This document shows positions 32,973 to 42,685 of a DNA stretch of 64,000 nucleotides, piece after piece (the stretch's first letter is position 1; each line of letters opens with the position of its first letter). The notes under the pieces were generated by a model. That model ran no database searches, was not told the DNA's origin, and saw nothing but the letters and a program-made list of their open reading frames with translations. The stretch lies in the sequence record ON190025.1. One strand, 5' to 3'. Both the position numbers and the translations under genes were made by a program.

Positions 32973-33268
32973 TGCCAGCTTTAGCAGGTGCAGATGAACC
33001 AACAACAGGTCATGGGACATACCCGCCAACAGTAGTAACGGGTGGGAGTGGGAAAGTAACAGTGCAAGGTAAACCTGCATTATCAAAAGATAACATGGTT
33101 CACGTAACGCACTGTAATACAGTTCCGAACCACGATTGCCACGCAGGTAGCGCAGCATCGTTCAGTCCGAAAGTGTTTATCGAGGGGAGCAATGCAATCC
33201 GTATCGGTGACACGTTAACATGTGGCGATACGGTTGCAGGAGGCGCAGGGAAGGTTACAAGTTCTTAG
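32972..33268 (+). CDS. 5.4: PAAR spike-tip protein gp5.4
   Basis: GHGTYPP, GKPAL, RIGDTLTCG. Confidence 0.92.
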   Translation: MPALAGADEPTTGHGTYPPTVVTGGSGKVTVQGKPALSKDNMVHVTHCNTVPNHDCHAGSAASFSPKVFIEGSNAIRIGDTLTCGDTVAGGAGKVTSS

Positions 33269-33614
33269 TGTGATTTTTGATACGCTCTTCGCTATCTAGC
33301 GTAGTAACATCAACATCTTCAGCTTTGAATGACTTGTCTTCGAGTACAGGAGCTTCAAGCTCAGTAAATTCGTCTACTTTGTACTTGGCTGTGTCGTTGA
33401 CTGCTTCGTTCATGGTAGGACGAGTAATTGGCGATGTTGCGATTTTAAAACCACTCGCAGCAACTGTGAGTAGAAGTGCAGCAGTGATGATTTTACCGTA
33501 AGGTAGTTTAATGTCTAGCTTGAAAATCTTCGCCATGGAGAAAGACACTGCTAGAATTAGAAGTAAGATTACAAACATGCCAATAATTGGCAAAACAGGT
33601 AGAAGAAATTCCAT
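33255..33614 (-). CDS. Membrane protein (two TM segments)
   Basis: MEFLLPVLPIIGMFVILLLILAV...; AAGGA SD. Confidence 0.7.
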   Translation of the reverse strand: MEFLLPVLPIIGMFVILLLILAVSFSMAKIFKLDIKLPYGKIITAALLLTVAASGFKIATSPITRPTMNEAVNDTAKYKVDEFTELEAPVLEDKSFKAEDVDVTTLDSEERIKNHTKNL

Positions 33615-33663
33615 TACGTTTCCTTTTAAGAGAGGGCAGTGAAACACTGCCCTTTTGTGATTA

Positions 33664-34539
33664 TTACTTGATTGGTGTTTGTACTGCGATATCATCAAGC
33701 ATTTTCGTCGGCACGAACACTTTGTTGTTTGACTTCGCAAGCTCACGTAGAGTTTTTTGCTCTTCGATGAATCGTACGTTAGAGTTCATCAGTTTGTCAG
33801 CCACTAGCTTTTTGGTTTCAGCTTCGTATAGCTCGATCTCACGCTGACGCTTTGATACTTCTTCACGTGTTGTGATTTGTAGCAAGTCTAGCTTACGTTG
33901 TGCTTTAACTGTGTCTTCTTCTTGACGACGTTCAGCAGATTTGATTTGTGCGTCTGTGATTGTCTTAGGGTAATCTACATTAGTAACACCTACGACTTTA
34001 AGAACGAACGGCGTATCTTTCAGCTCTTGATTCAAGCGATTAAGAACGAACGAGTTCAGTTTTTGACGTTCAGACGCAACCTGTTTGATGCTGTATTCAG
34101 CTACAATACTAGGTACAATCGTGTTTAGTTTAGCTTTCGCATAACGTTTAAACACGTCTTTCTGATCAATTACACCAAGCTGATCTGTCTGTGCTCGGAA
34201 CGGTACTTTAGCGAATACGAAGTTGTACTTCGCAGGGTCAATCGCCATTGTCATTTCGACTGAGTAAGCAAGCATAAGCTCATCTTTTGGCATGAACGTG
34301 TTGAAGTTCATTTGGTAGAAGCTGTCAGATACGTCAAGAAGTACTAGACGATCTGGGTAGCGCCATGCCCAATCGAGACGAAATTTAGACGGTTGTCGCG
34401 GCTCTGCTTCTAAATTGAAGCCATTAGGCGTTTGAATCTTACCGACGAAACCCGTTGGGATTTCAGCAGGTGTGCCACAGCCTACAAGTGCTAGACCTAG
34501 CGCAGATACTGATAATAGTTTTGCAAGTTTCTTAAACAT
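33664..34539 (-). CDS. SPFH/band-7 domain lipoprotein
   Basis: Lipobox LALVGC; IPTGFVG; VGVTNVDYPKTITDA plus C-terminal coiled coil. Confidence 0.75.
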   Translation of the reverse strand: MFKKLAKLLSVSALGLALVGCGTPAEIPTGFVGKIQTPNGFNLEAEPRQPSKFRLDWAWRYPDRLVLLDVSDSFYQMNFNTFMPKDELMLAYSVEMTMAIDPAKYNFVFAKVPFRAQTDQLGVIDQKDVFKRYAKAKLNTIVPSIVAEYSIKQVASERQKLNSFVLNRLNQELKDTPFVLKVVGVTNVDYPKTITDAQIKSAERRQEEDTVKAQRKLDLLQITTREEVSKRQREIELYEAETKKLVADKLMNSNVRFIEEQKTLRELAKSNNKVFVPTKMLDDIAVQTPIK

Positions 34540-34613
34540 GTTTTGCTCTCTTAGTTAATGAAGTTAATATCACAATCTATTTTGTTTGTGCGCTTCGTTG
34601 CGCTGAGGAGTAC

Positions 34614-34642
34614 ATAATAGGCAAATAAGATATGCCTGTCAA
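34614..34642 (-). promoter_or_regulatory. Sigma70-type promoter of the SPFH cassette
   Basis: TTGACA-17 nt-TATTAT with AGGCA...TGCCT inverted repeat. Confidence 0.8.
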
Positions 34643-34650
34643 CACTTTTC

Positions 34651-34658
34651 TATAAATA
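34651..34658 (+). promoter_or_regulatory. T4 late promoter (gene 25)
   Basis: TATAAATA. Confidence 0.8.
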
Positions 34659-34681
34659 AATTTAAAATCGGAGAAAAAACT

Positions 34682-35101
34682 ATGGCAATTGCAGAGTTGA
34701 ACACGTTAAAGCCAGGGAGTTTCTATTTCAGTGACATCCCTGCAAACTTTAATAAAAGTGTTGTAAACAATGACTTGAGCGCATCGTATGACTTAAAAGC
34801 AATACAAGAATCTATCGTAGGTATCGTGAGTACGAATAAAGGAGAACGACCGTTCAACCCTGAATTCGGCTGTGACATTAACAATCAATTGTTTGAGAAT
34901 ATTTCTCCAGCAAGCGCGTTCTCAATCAAATATAGTATTGAAAACGCAATTTCAAGATGGGAACCTCGTGTTGCTATTCAGCGAATTGATGTCATCCCTG
35001 TATATGATGAAAACACGTATGACGTGTCTATACAGTATCACTTGAAAACTAACTTCGATAGATTGTTTGCCTTGTCAACTAGACTAGTAAATCGTCTATA
35101 A
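34682..35101 (+). CDS. 25: Baseplate wedge gp25
   Basis: TNKGERPFNPEFGC, WEPRV. Confidence 0.95.
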   Translation: MAIAELNTLKPGSFYFSDIPANFNKSVVNNDLSASYDLKAIQESIVGIVSTNKGERPFNPEFGCDINNQLFENISPASAFSIKYSIENAISRWEPRVAIQRIDVIPVYDENTYDVSIQYHLKTNFDRLFALSTRLVNRL

Positions 35102-35106
35102 ACGAT

Positions 35107-35132
35107 AGCCCGCTCATTGAGTGGGCTTTTTT
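35107..35132 (+). terminator. Terminator after gene 25
   Basis: AGCCCGCTCA/TGAGTGGGCT plus T6. Confidence 0.75.
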
Positions 35133-35186
35133 GTATATTAAATATAAGAAACGAAATTTACATAATTTTACCAACAGGGGAATAAC

Positions 35187-37145
35187 ATGACAACTAACTC
35201 GAATTTGCCTGTTAGTTCTGGCTCGTTTGAGACAATCAAGCAAGATCTTATTCAATATCTGAAAGGTCAAGACGAGTTCAAGGATTATGACTTCAAGGGA
35301 AGTCGTCTGAACGTACTAACAGATTTGCTTGCATACAGCACAATGTACATGCAGCACTACTCGAATGCAGCATTGTTCGAGAGTTTTATTCGCACTGCTC
35401 AAAAACACAGCAGTGTAGTTCAGCACGCTCAAGATATGGGTTACGCGCCTAGTTCTTTATCGGCAGCAACACATACAATCGGTATCAAAGCGTATCACGC
35501 TGAAAACCCAGTTGAAATTACGCTAGGTACGGGTACTCGTTTCAGTGCTGACGTTGATGGGGTTGATTACTACAGCTACATCGTGTGGGAACCTCACATT
35601 CTAATCGGTGCAAAGCAGGACCCATTAGACCCACAAAGCCCGCTTGTATATCAAGACCAGATAGACCTCGTTCAAGGCACTTTAGGTCGATATGAGGCGC
35701 TATTTAGTGAAACCGAATCGATTACGATCAAAGACCCAGATTTAGATCGAAACTATGTGCGTGTGTTCGTTGATAACACGGAATGGACTAACTGGACAGA
35801 CAAATCGATAGTCAATGTAACAGGCGGTTCAAACGTATTCTATTTGCGTGAAACTGTAGATGGTTACACTGAGGTTTACTTCGGTGAAGGCGAACTAACT
35901 GACTTTGTAGAAAGTGGTGGTGCTTACGACCCGGGTTATATCGGCGGTCTGCGTCCAATCGAAGGTCAGCGCATTCGTGTTCAATATGTGAAAACACAGG
36001 GACCAGTTGCGAACGGCTCAAAACGATTCACATGGGCAGATGACATTCCTAACTTCCAGTTAGATGATAAAAACATCGACGATAACCCGAATAACGATGA
36101 AAACTTTGTTGGTTCGATTGGTGGTGGTTATGCGGAAGGCACGGAGCGTATTCGCGAACTAGCCCCTATTTTCAGAGAGTCGCAGCGTCGTTGTGTTACT
36201 AAACTTGACTATGAAACATTTGTTTCTCAGAAGTTCGGTAACATCGTTCAGTCTGTTCAGGCGTTTGGAAGCTCAGATAAGCCAGGTTATGTGTTTATCT
36301 CGATTAAGCCGAAGAGCGGCTTGACACTTCCACAAGTAGCGCGACAAGACATCGAAGAATATTTGAAAGAATTCAATATTGTTACAGTGACGCCTAAAGT
36401 TGTTGACCCCGATTACTTGTATGTAAAACACAATCTAAGAATCAACTACCGTACAGGTTCATTGGCTGAAGGTGCTGATTATTTGAAAGCTCAAATTATC
36501 AATGCGATTTCAGATTATTACTACAATGATGTTGAGATCTTCAATGCATCGTTCCATGTTTCTAAAATGTTGAGCTATGTTGATGAAGCTCACCCGTCAA
36601 TTCTAGGTTCTAGATGTGACATCAGTTTAATTCGTGAATTAGCGAATTTTGCTCAAACGCCTATGAGTGGCTATAGTTTCTTAAACCCGATTACTGAGCG
36701 TTCTGTAAAATCAGAAGATATCATGTTCACACCGGGCGGTTATGACGTGCAGATCAGAACGACAGCCGCACGAACTGCACCGACCGAAGAAGATATCGGT
36801 ACGATGTTATTGGGTCCATTTGCACCCGGTGATATTACAAACCCGCTAGACCCAGAAACTGGCTTGCCTACGGGTGCTTATACTGATAACGACTTTGATC
36901 GTGAAGTAATCGGCTCGCGCAGCTTATACTACCGAATTGGTACTATCAACTACGCATCAGGTATGATGGACTATGATTTCATCAACTTGGGGATAAACTC
37001 AGCAGATTGGGATGTGACTGGTAATTTGATTGTATCAGCTTCGCCTACACGATCTAATATATACACAGATGACGGTAGCTTGATCGTATATGAGAACGAG
37101 CTTCGTCCTCAATACACAGATATCGTTCTTGAGGGTATTTCTTAA
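35187..37145 (+). CDS. 6: Baseplate wedge gp6
   Basis: FKDYDFKGSRLNVLTDLLAY, RCVTKLDYE. Confidence 0.95.
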   Translation: MTTNSNLPVSSGSFETIKQDLIQYLKGQDEFKDYDFKGSRLNVLTDLLAYSTMYMQHYSNAALFESFIRTAQKHSSVVQHAQDMGYAPSSLSAATHTIGIKAYHAENPVEITLGTGTRFSADVDGVDYYSYIVWEPHILIGAKQDPLDPQSPLVYQDQIDLVQGTLGRYEALFSETESITIKDPDLDRNYVRVFVDNTEWTNWTDKSIVNVTGGSNVFYLRETVDGYTEVYFGEGELTDFVESGGAYDPGYIGGLRPIEGQRIRVQYVKTQGPVANGSKRFTWADDIPNFQLDDKNIDDNPNNDENFVGSIGGGYAEGTERIRELAPIFRESQRRCVTKLDYETFVSQKFGNIVQSVQAFGSSDKPGYVFISIKPKSGLTLPQVARQDIEEYLKEFNIVTVTPKVVDPDYLYVKHNLRINYRTGSLAEGADYLKAQIINAISDYYYNDVEIFNASFHVSKMLSYVDEAHPSILGSRCDISLIRELANFAQTPMSGYSFLNPITERSVKSEDIMFTPGGYDVQIRTTAARTAPTEEDIGTMLLGPFAPGDITNPLDPETGLPTGAYTDNDFDREVIGSRSLYYRIGTINYASGMMDYDFINLGINSADWDVTGNLIVSASPTRSNIYTDDGSLIVYENELRPQYTDIVLEGIS

Positions 37146-40100
37146 TGACAAACGTATTACAAGCACCTCCAATTATGGGGGTGTCTATTGACAAATTGAC
37201 GCGAAACTATGCGGAACTTTCATGGTCAACCGTGGGCGAAAACTTTCGCTACGAGATTCATGTTCGTTCGGCTGTTAGTGCAGAAATTCTTCTAACACAA
37301 AGTTTCACAGCGTTATACCCTAACCCGTTTACTAGCGAAACGAGACTGTTTACGAATATTAACAGTTCTGTTCGTTATTATCAATGGAGAATTCGTTCTG
37401 TTTACAAGGGTTTTGAACCGAGTGAGTGGGTTACATCTGATATCGGGTATACGTCGGACACAAACGATTACGACATCACGACTCAAGACGAATTCATTCC
37501 CGCATCTTCATTCATTGAAGAGCGTTTGAATAACGACAACGACCAATACCTAAACAGTCGTAACAATCTACAAGCTACCCTAGTCCGACCAGGTTTTGAA
37601 TTTGATACTAATATGTTTAACGTCGATTCAGCGGCATATTGGTTTGTAACAAACCCAGGTTTTAGTGCAAACTACGGTAAAGTTCCAACTGTATGTCAGA
37701 ACGTTGATCGTGTAATCCCTGTTGTCATCGACGATGTGATTTATGCGTTCGAGCGTTGGCAGGAAGTTTGTAAAGTGTCTAACGATGGTGGTAGAACGTG
37801 GCAGACATATAAAGCAACGAACTCAAGACTAGGAAACCCAGTCTATGATTGCATCTGTAAGCAGTCTAACGCATTTAGTTACCTACTAGGGTATGATTAC
37901 CTTATTCAAGGCGTACAATCGAATGACGTTGATTACTCGCACGATAATGGGCTTGAATATTCACACGCATCGGTTGACTTGACGTTCGATAAACTAGACT
38001 TCGACTTAGGTTTTGGTTTCGATGTAGAGCGTTTTAAAGATCTAGCTATATTGCCACCACAAGTGCGTAACAAAGCAGACGCTTTCGGCGTTGATGACGT
38101 GATGACTGTCGTAACATATGCAAACACCTACGTGTGGCATAACAACAGAATCCCGCGCATCTTCGATAACGTATTATCAGAACTATATGGCGAACGTATA
38201 TTCGAAACAACTGGCGAATTGAACAACGAACCTGTTTACTTCGAAGATAAGATTGTGAAAAACGACTTGAGTCGACCTGATTTCGATGAAAACACAGCAG
38301 ATGTATGTGTTAAGAAAATTCAGTACTTCGACGACCCAGAGCAAGGTCTTGATTATCAAGACGGTAACATGTACGCGCTAGTCATCGGTGAATGGGAGCA
38401 TGATGAGAACGGTAAACGAATTGGTACATCTGACCCGAATGGGATTCGCGGTGTTTATCGGCTAAATCGCACAGCAACATTAAGAGATGGTATCGTTATT
38501 GGTTATACTAACTTGACATGGGAACGTGTATACGGAAACATTGAAGAAGAACGCGAACTTCTAAACGAACGTTCAGTTATTTCACGCGACAACACTCATT
38601 TGATTGTAGGTCACGATCTAACAAAGAACTACGGTGAAGAAGGCAACCCAGCTTACGACAATCGCCAAGAGTCTAGCGGTGCACCTGGTAATTTTCACTC
38701 AACTGCGGGTGATAACTACGGTACAATAGATGACCCGTATCTAGTTTCAGACAACGATGAAGTTGACGAAGCTGTTCGTATGTTCACTAAACCGTTCTTT
38801 ACAACATACGTTAAGCCGATGACACAGATTATCGCGACGAAAGACGGTGATGACTGGTACTACAAGCCGCAAGATTATTACGGATCCGCGCATTTCAACT
38901 GGATGCAGCGTGCTGAAACACGTGATTGGAAATCTTGGGCAAATGAAATCATGTACTACAAGAAAGAGTCAATTTTCAGAAGCGACTTTGAAGATCTCGA
39001 CGAATATAAATGGAAAGAGACATTCGACGAAGGTGAATACAAACTAGAAGCTCCAAATCTATCGATTTTCGGGTTTAATGGTTATGCAGCAGGTGCGATC
39101 ATTCACAGCGCGAACGACAACAAGGTAATAGGTTACTACAAGTTCCCATATCGCGTTGACATCACAGCGCCAATTCGCTGGTCGCCTGAGCGTCGTGTAA
39201 TCACGGCTAGTTTGTCGAATTATTCACCAGTAATTATCGAGCCGCCTGAAGAAGACCCAACAAGTATGCTTGACCCGACTCTGACACCATTGATTTACAA
39301 GATGATGCCAGAGAATTATCTCGATGCAGACGGGTTTTACAAGAGTTTTGCAAAGCACTACTTAGATTTCATCAGTAAAGGTGATGGTACGGCTTATAAT
39401 AACGTGTATAACTTGCTTAACAGCAAAAACCCACTTGACGACCATTACACTGAGTATCTACACAAATTAGTATACGAGCGAAATCGTATTCTAGAGCCAG
39501 AGAAACGTGATGCAGTTGTTAAATTTTTCTTGGCACGACGTGCAGATTTTTACAGCACTAAAGGTATTTTAGACTCATACAAGTTCTTGTTCAAGTTGCT
39601 GTACAACGAAGATGTTGAAGTTGAAATAGAATCGCTTAACACGTTTGAATATTCAATCGTTGTTAACTCAAATGACGTAACCGATGATGTAGTAGGTCGT
39701 AGAATTTATTCAGAGACAGGCAACGCAGACGTGACATATGTTGATCGTCATTACATTGAAGGTAAGCGTTACTGGAAATTGACATTGAACAACTTAATCG
39801 GTGAGTTGAACATCGGCGACACGTTAGAAATCGACGGTCTAGAATTCACTGCAACAGCGATTACTCGCGTACAAGGTGAACGAATCGACTACGATTCAAA
39901 TGAATTTCTTGATCGAAGCAAATCATACTACGTTATGAAGATTCGTTCTGAGATTCAGCTTAGTCAGTACAAAGATGATGTAATTCGATTTGTACACCCA
40001 ATTGGGTTTGGGTTCTTAGGTATTACGTTGCTGACAGTATTGATCAATCACGGTATCTCAGTCAACCACCACGAAACGATTGTAGATTCATACAGATTGA

Positions 40101-40642
40101 TTCGATATGACAACGGTATAGGGAATAACTTCACTGAAGAAACTTCATTGCTTGATGGTAACGACGATAGAATTTATAACTCGTTCGGTGAACTTCAATT
40201 GAAGCCACATCCGTTAGCACTAGAAGACCCGCTTGATCATGCGATTCAAGATCGATTGACTAATACACAGGGTATTACAATCATCGACTACAACAACTAC
40301 TGGGCTAATGATCGTGTAATTGCTTTAGATGAGTATTCAGCTATCGACGAGCAACGATATATAGAAACAGACACGGGTGATATCAACGATGAATGGGGCG
40401 GTAAGAAACGTGTTCTGAATCCCAATTACAACCCAACTGCGAAAGTTCAATCAGCAGACGCAAACGGGTCGGTATATTGGGGAATGACAGCATACGAACG
40501 AACTCCTGCATTTATGTTTGACTGGTCAGCAGCATCGACGAGTATTTCAGATATGTACGAAGATTCTGATTACAGATTGAAAGACAACGTTGGCAACCCA
40601 TATGACCCAGTAACGCCGACTCAAAAACAAATAGGTGAATAA
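37145..40642 (+). CDS. 7: Baseplate wedge initiator gp7
   Basis: FYSTKG..SYKFLFKLLYNEDV, FVHPIGFGFLG; synteny. Confidence 0.92.
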   Translation: MTNVLQAPPIMGVSIDKLTRNYAELSWSTVGENFRYEIHVRSAVSAEILLTQSFTALYPNPFTSETRLFTNINSSVRYYQWRIRSVYKGFEPSEWVTSDIGYTSDTNDYDITTQDEFIPASSFIEERLNNDNDQYLNSRNNLQATLVRPGFEFDTNMFNVDSAAYWFVTNPGFSANYGKVPTVCQNVDRVIPVVIDDVIYAFERWQEVCKVSNDGGRTWQTYKATNSRLGNPVYDCICKQSNAFSYLLGYDYLIQGVQSNDVDYSHDNGLEYSHASVDLTFDKLDFDLGFGFDVERFKDLAILPPQVRNKADAFGVDDVMTVVTYANTYVWHNNRIPRIFDNVLSELYGERIFETTGELNNEPVYFEDKIVKNDLSRPDFDENTADVCVKKIQYFDDPEQGLDYQDGNMYALVIGEWEHDENGKRIGTSDPNGIRGVYRLNRTATLRDGIVIGYTNLTWERVYGNIEEERELLNERSVISRDNTHLIVGHDLTKNYGEEGNPAYDNRQESSGAPGNFHSTAGDNYGTIDDPYLVSDNDEVDEAVRMFTKPFFTTYVKPMTQIIATKDGDDWYYKPQDYYGSAHFNWMQRAETRDWKSWANEIMYYKKESIFRSDFEDLDEYKWKETFDEGEYKLEAPNLSIFGFNGYAAGAIIHSANDNKVIGYYKFPYRVDITAPIRWSPERRVITASLSNYSPVIIEPPEEDPTSMLDPTLTPLIYKMMPENYLDADGFYKSFAKHYLDFISKGDGTAYNNVYNLLNSKNPLDDHYTEYLHKLVYERNRILEPEKRDAVVKFFLARRADFYSTKGILDSYKFLFKLLYNEDVEVEIESLNTFEYSIVVNSNDVTDDVVGRRIYSETGNADVTYVDRHYIEGKRYWKLTLNNLIGELNIGDTLEIDGLEFTATAITRVQGERIDYDSNEFLDRSKSYYVMKIRSEIQLSQYKDDVIRFVHPIGFGFLGITLLTVLINHGISVNHHETIVDSYRLIRYDNGIGNNFTEETSLLDGNDDRIYNSFGELQLKPHPLALEDPLDHAIQDRLTNTQGITIIDYNNYWANDRVIALDEYSAIDEQRYIETDTGDINDEWGGKKRVLNPNYNPTAKVQSADANGSVYWGMTAYERTPAFMFDWSAASTSISDMYEDSDYRLKDNVGNPYDPVTPTQKQIGE

Positions 40643-41666
40643 AGTGGCAAAAATTTACAGATCAACAATCACAACAGAGTATCGAGTTAATAACTTGATG
40701 AACTTCTACGAAAACGTAGGTGATGACGACGACAAGAACACAATTTACCTTATGTTCGGTCGTAACGAGCCTTGGTCAGACCGCGAAGATGAAATAAACT
40801 TCGCGCCACCTTACCCAAACGATAGCCCAGATGGGAAAGCAGACGTTTGGGCGCGTGCGCTAGGTCTGATTAAGATTCCAAAATCACAGCTTCGCCCTGT
40901 TATTCCTCGTAAGGACTGGGGCGACCCTGACCTAAACGATTCACTTCGTTTCACATTTGGCGATATCGTGACAGTTAATACGATGTCAATCAACAGTCAC
41001 CCGAGCGCATTGAACGGCTATATGGTTTATCGATGTGTCGATATTCCAGAGACTGACCCGAATAACACAAACATTCGTGGTACATGTTCAATATCAACAG
41101 TCACAAATAAAAATGACTGTGTAGCAGTTGGCGGTGAATGGAATGCACCGTCGTCACCTGGTAACCAAGAGAATATCCCTCATGGTACAGGGAATGCGAT
41201 TGAAACAGGTGACGGTTACGTATGGGAATATCTGTACACTATCCCGCCGAATGAAGTCTTAACGAACGTGACAAAAGAATACATCGTTTGTCCGTTCCCT
41301 AACGACATCATCGAAAATCGAGTTGCGTGGGGTCTTGATCAGAATATCGTATTCAACGAAAACTACGACGAAACTATTTTCAACGTAGGTGCAGTTCAGT
41401 TACGATTCCGAGCTAAATTAGCAGGCTCTGACTTTATTCACTTATTCGGTCCCGGGAATAACGGGTATCGTCAGATTTCACTTGTTCAGAACCCATTATT
41501 GATTCGTCAAGAAGGTGATACCGAAGACACGAAAGCGACTGAAGTTAGATACGACCCGCATGAGATACAAGCAGGAACAGGTCAAATTATCTACATGGAA
41601 AATCGTCAGCCGATTCGTAAAACATTAGACCAGGTAGAAGAATTCAATCTGATCTACAACTTCTAA
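40635..41666 (+). CDS. 8: Baseplate wedge gp8
   Basis: GDGYVWEYLYTIPP, IIYMENRQPI. Confidence 0.93.
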   Translation: MNKVAKIYRSTITTEYRVNNLMNFYENVGDDDDKNTIYLMFGRNEPWSDREDEINFAPPYPNDSPDGKADVWARALGLIKIPKSQLRPVIPRKDWGDPDLNDSLRFTFGDIVTVNTMSINSHPSALNGYMVYRCVDIPETDPNNTNIRGTCSISTVTNKNDCVAVGGEWNAPSSPGNQENIPHGTGNAIETGDGYVWEYLYTIPPNEVLTNVTKEYIVCPFPNDIIENRVAWGLDQNIVFNENYDETIFNVGAVQLRFRAKLAGSDFIHLFGPGNNGYRQISLVQNPLLIRQEGDTEDTKATEVRYDPHEIQAGTGQIIYMENRQPIRKTLDQVEEFNLIYNF

Positions 41667-41719
41667 TAAATACAGTAAATAACTCATAAGGCGCATGTGC
41701 GCCTTTCTTGGAGAAAGAA

Positions 41720-42676
41720 ATGGGACGTAATAGATTAGAAACTGGTACGGCGGGTTCGGTCGGTACTGGTGATACAATTCACAATGGTGGTAATAAGCTG
41801 CGTGATAACTCAGATGAGTTTTACCATATTAATGCAGACTTTGAGCTAACCGATGCAGGTGAAAACTATATCCCTGCATATAATGACATCGCACCTAGAC
41901 CTCATGCAGGTGGTTATTGGCAGAGAATTCCACCGAGTTCTACTGCGGGCGGTTCGGGTGGTCCGAACAATACAAACTTACTGACATCAATCGTAACAGG
42001 TGGTAAATATGACATCGACACGTCATCATTAGGCGGCGGTGCATCGATGACTTTGAATTTACCTAAGATTGGCACGACAGCAGGGATGGCAAAACGCGGT
42101 GAGCGAATCGAGTTTCAGAACACAACTGCAACATTAGATACAAACCCGATTGTACTAGCACCATCATCAGGAGACGCTATTGTAGGTGCCCCAGAACTTA
42201 ACGGAACTCAAATTGTTCGTACAAATCGATGTCATATCATCTGCACTGTCATTGACGATGGTACGGGATTAGCAGGAACGCCGCAGTGGGGTGTCAAAAT
42301 CAACCCGATTGCAGGTGACTTCGGTGCGCCAGTTAATGACACGATTTACTCAATTCCAGACACAGTGACAGTTACAATGCCGCTATTTGATATTCAATCG
42401 TATGCAGCATGTAAATTGATGGTTTATGCAGAGAATAGCGACCCTCTACAAGGTGGTGCTGTTACTCGACGTATGTCATCGGAATTGTTGCTGCTAAATA
42501 ACATAACAGACGTTTATATTGATGAATACTCAGTAATCAATACAGACAAAGATTTTGGTAACTTGATTCTAATTGAACCGCGAGTTGACGATGGTAACAT
42601 CGTTCTTGATATTACATCAAACGACGATAACGTGTCAATTGCTATCAAATCTATCGAAACAATCAGATTATCGTAA
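41720..42676 (+). CDS. 9: Baseplate long-tail-fibre connector gp9
   Basis: GDTIHNGGNKL N-terminus, PHAGGYWQ; synteny. Confidence 0.85.
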   Translation: MGRNRLETGTAGSVGTGDTIHNGGNKLRDNSDEFYHINADFELTDAGENYIPAYNDIAPRPHAGGYWQRIPPSSTAGGSGGPNNTNLLTSIVTGGKYDIDTSSLGGGASMTLNLPKIGTTAGMAKRGERIEFQNTTATLDTNPIVLAPSSGDAIVGAPELNGTQIVRTNRCHIICTVIDDGTGLAGTPQWGVKINPIAGDFGAPVNDTIYSIPDTVTVTMPLFDIQSYAACKLMVYAENSDPLQGGAVTRRMSSELLLLNNITDVYIDEYSVINTDKDFGNLILIEPRVDDGNIVLDITSNDDNVSIAIKSIETIRLS

Positions 42677-42685
42677 GGGACAATA

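Noticed and set aside
22873-35101. Rearranged baseplate gene order (3-29-51-26-54-2-4 / 48-53-27-5) as a novelty
   Set aside because: Differs from T4 but, as I recall, matches the arrangement in KVP40-type phages.
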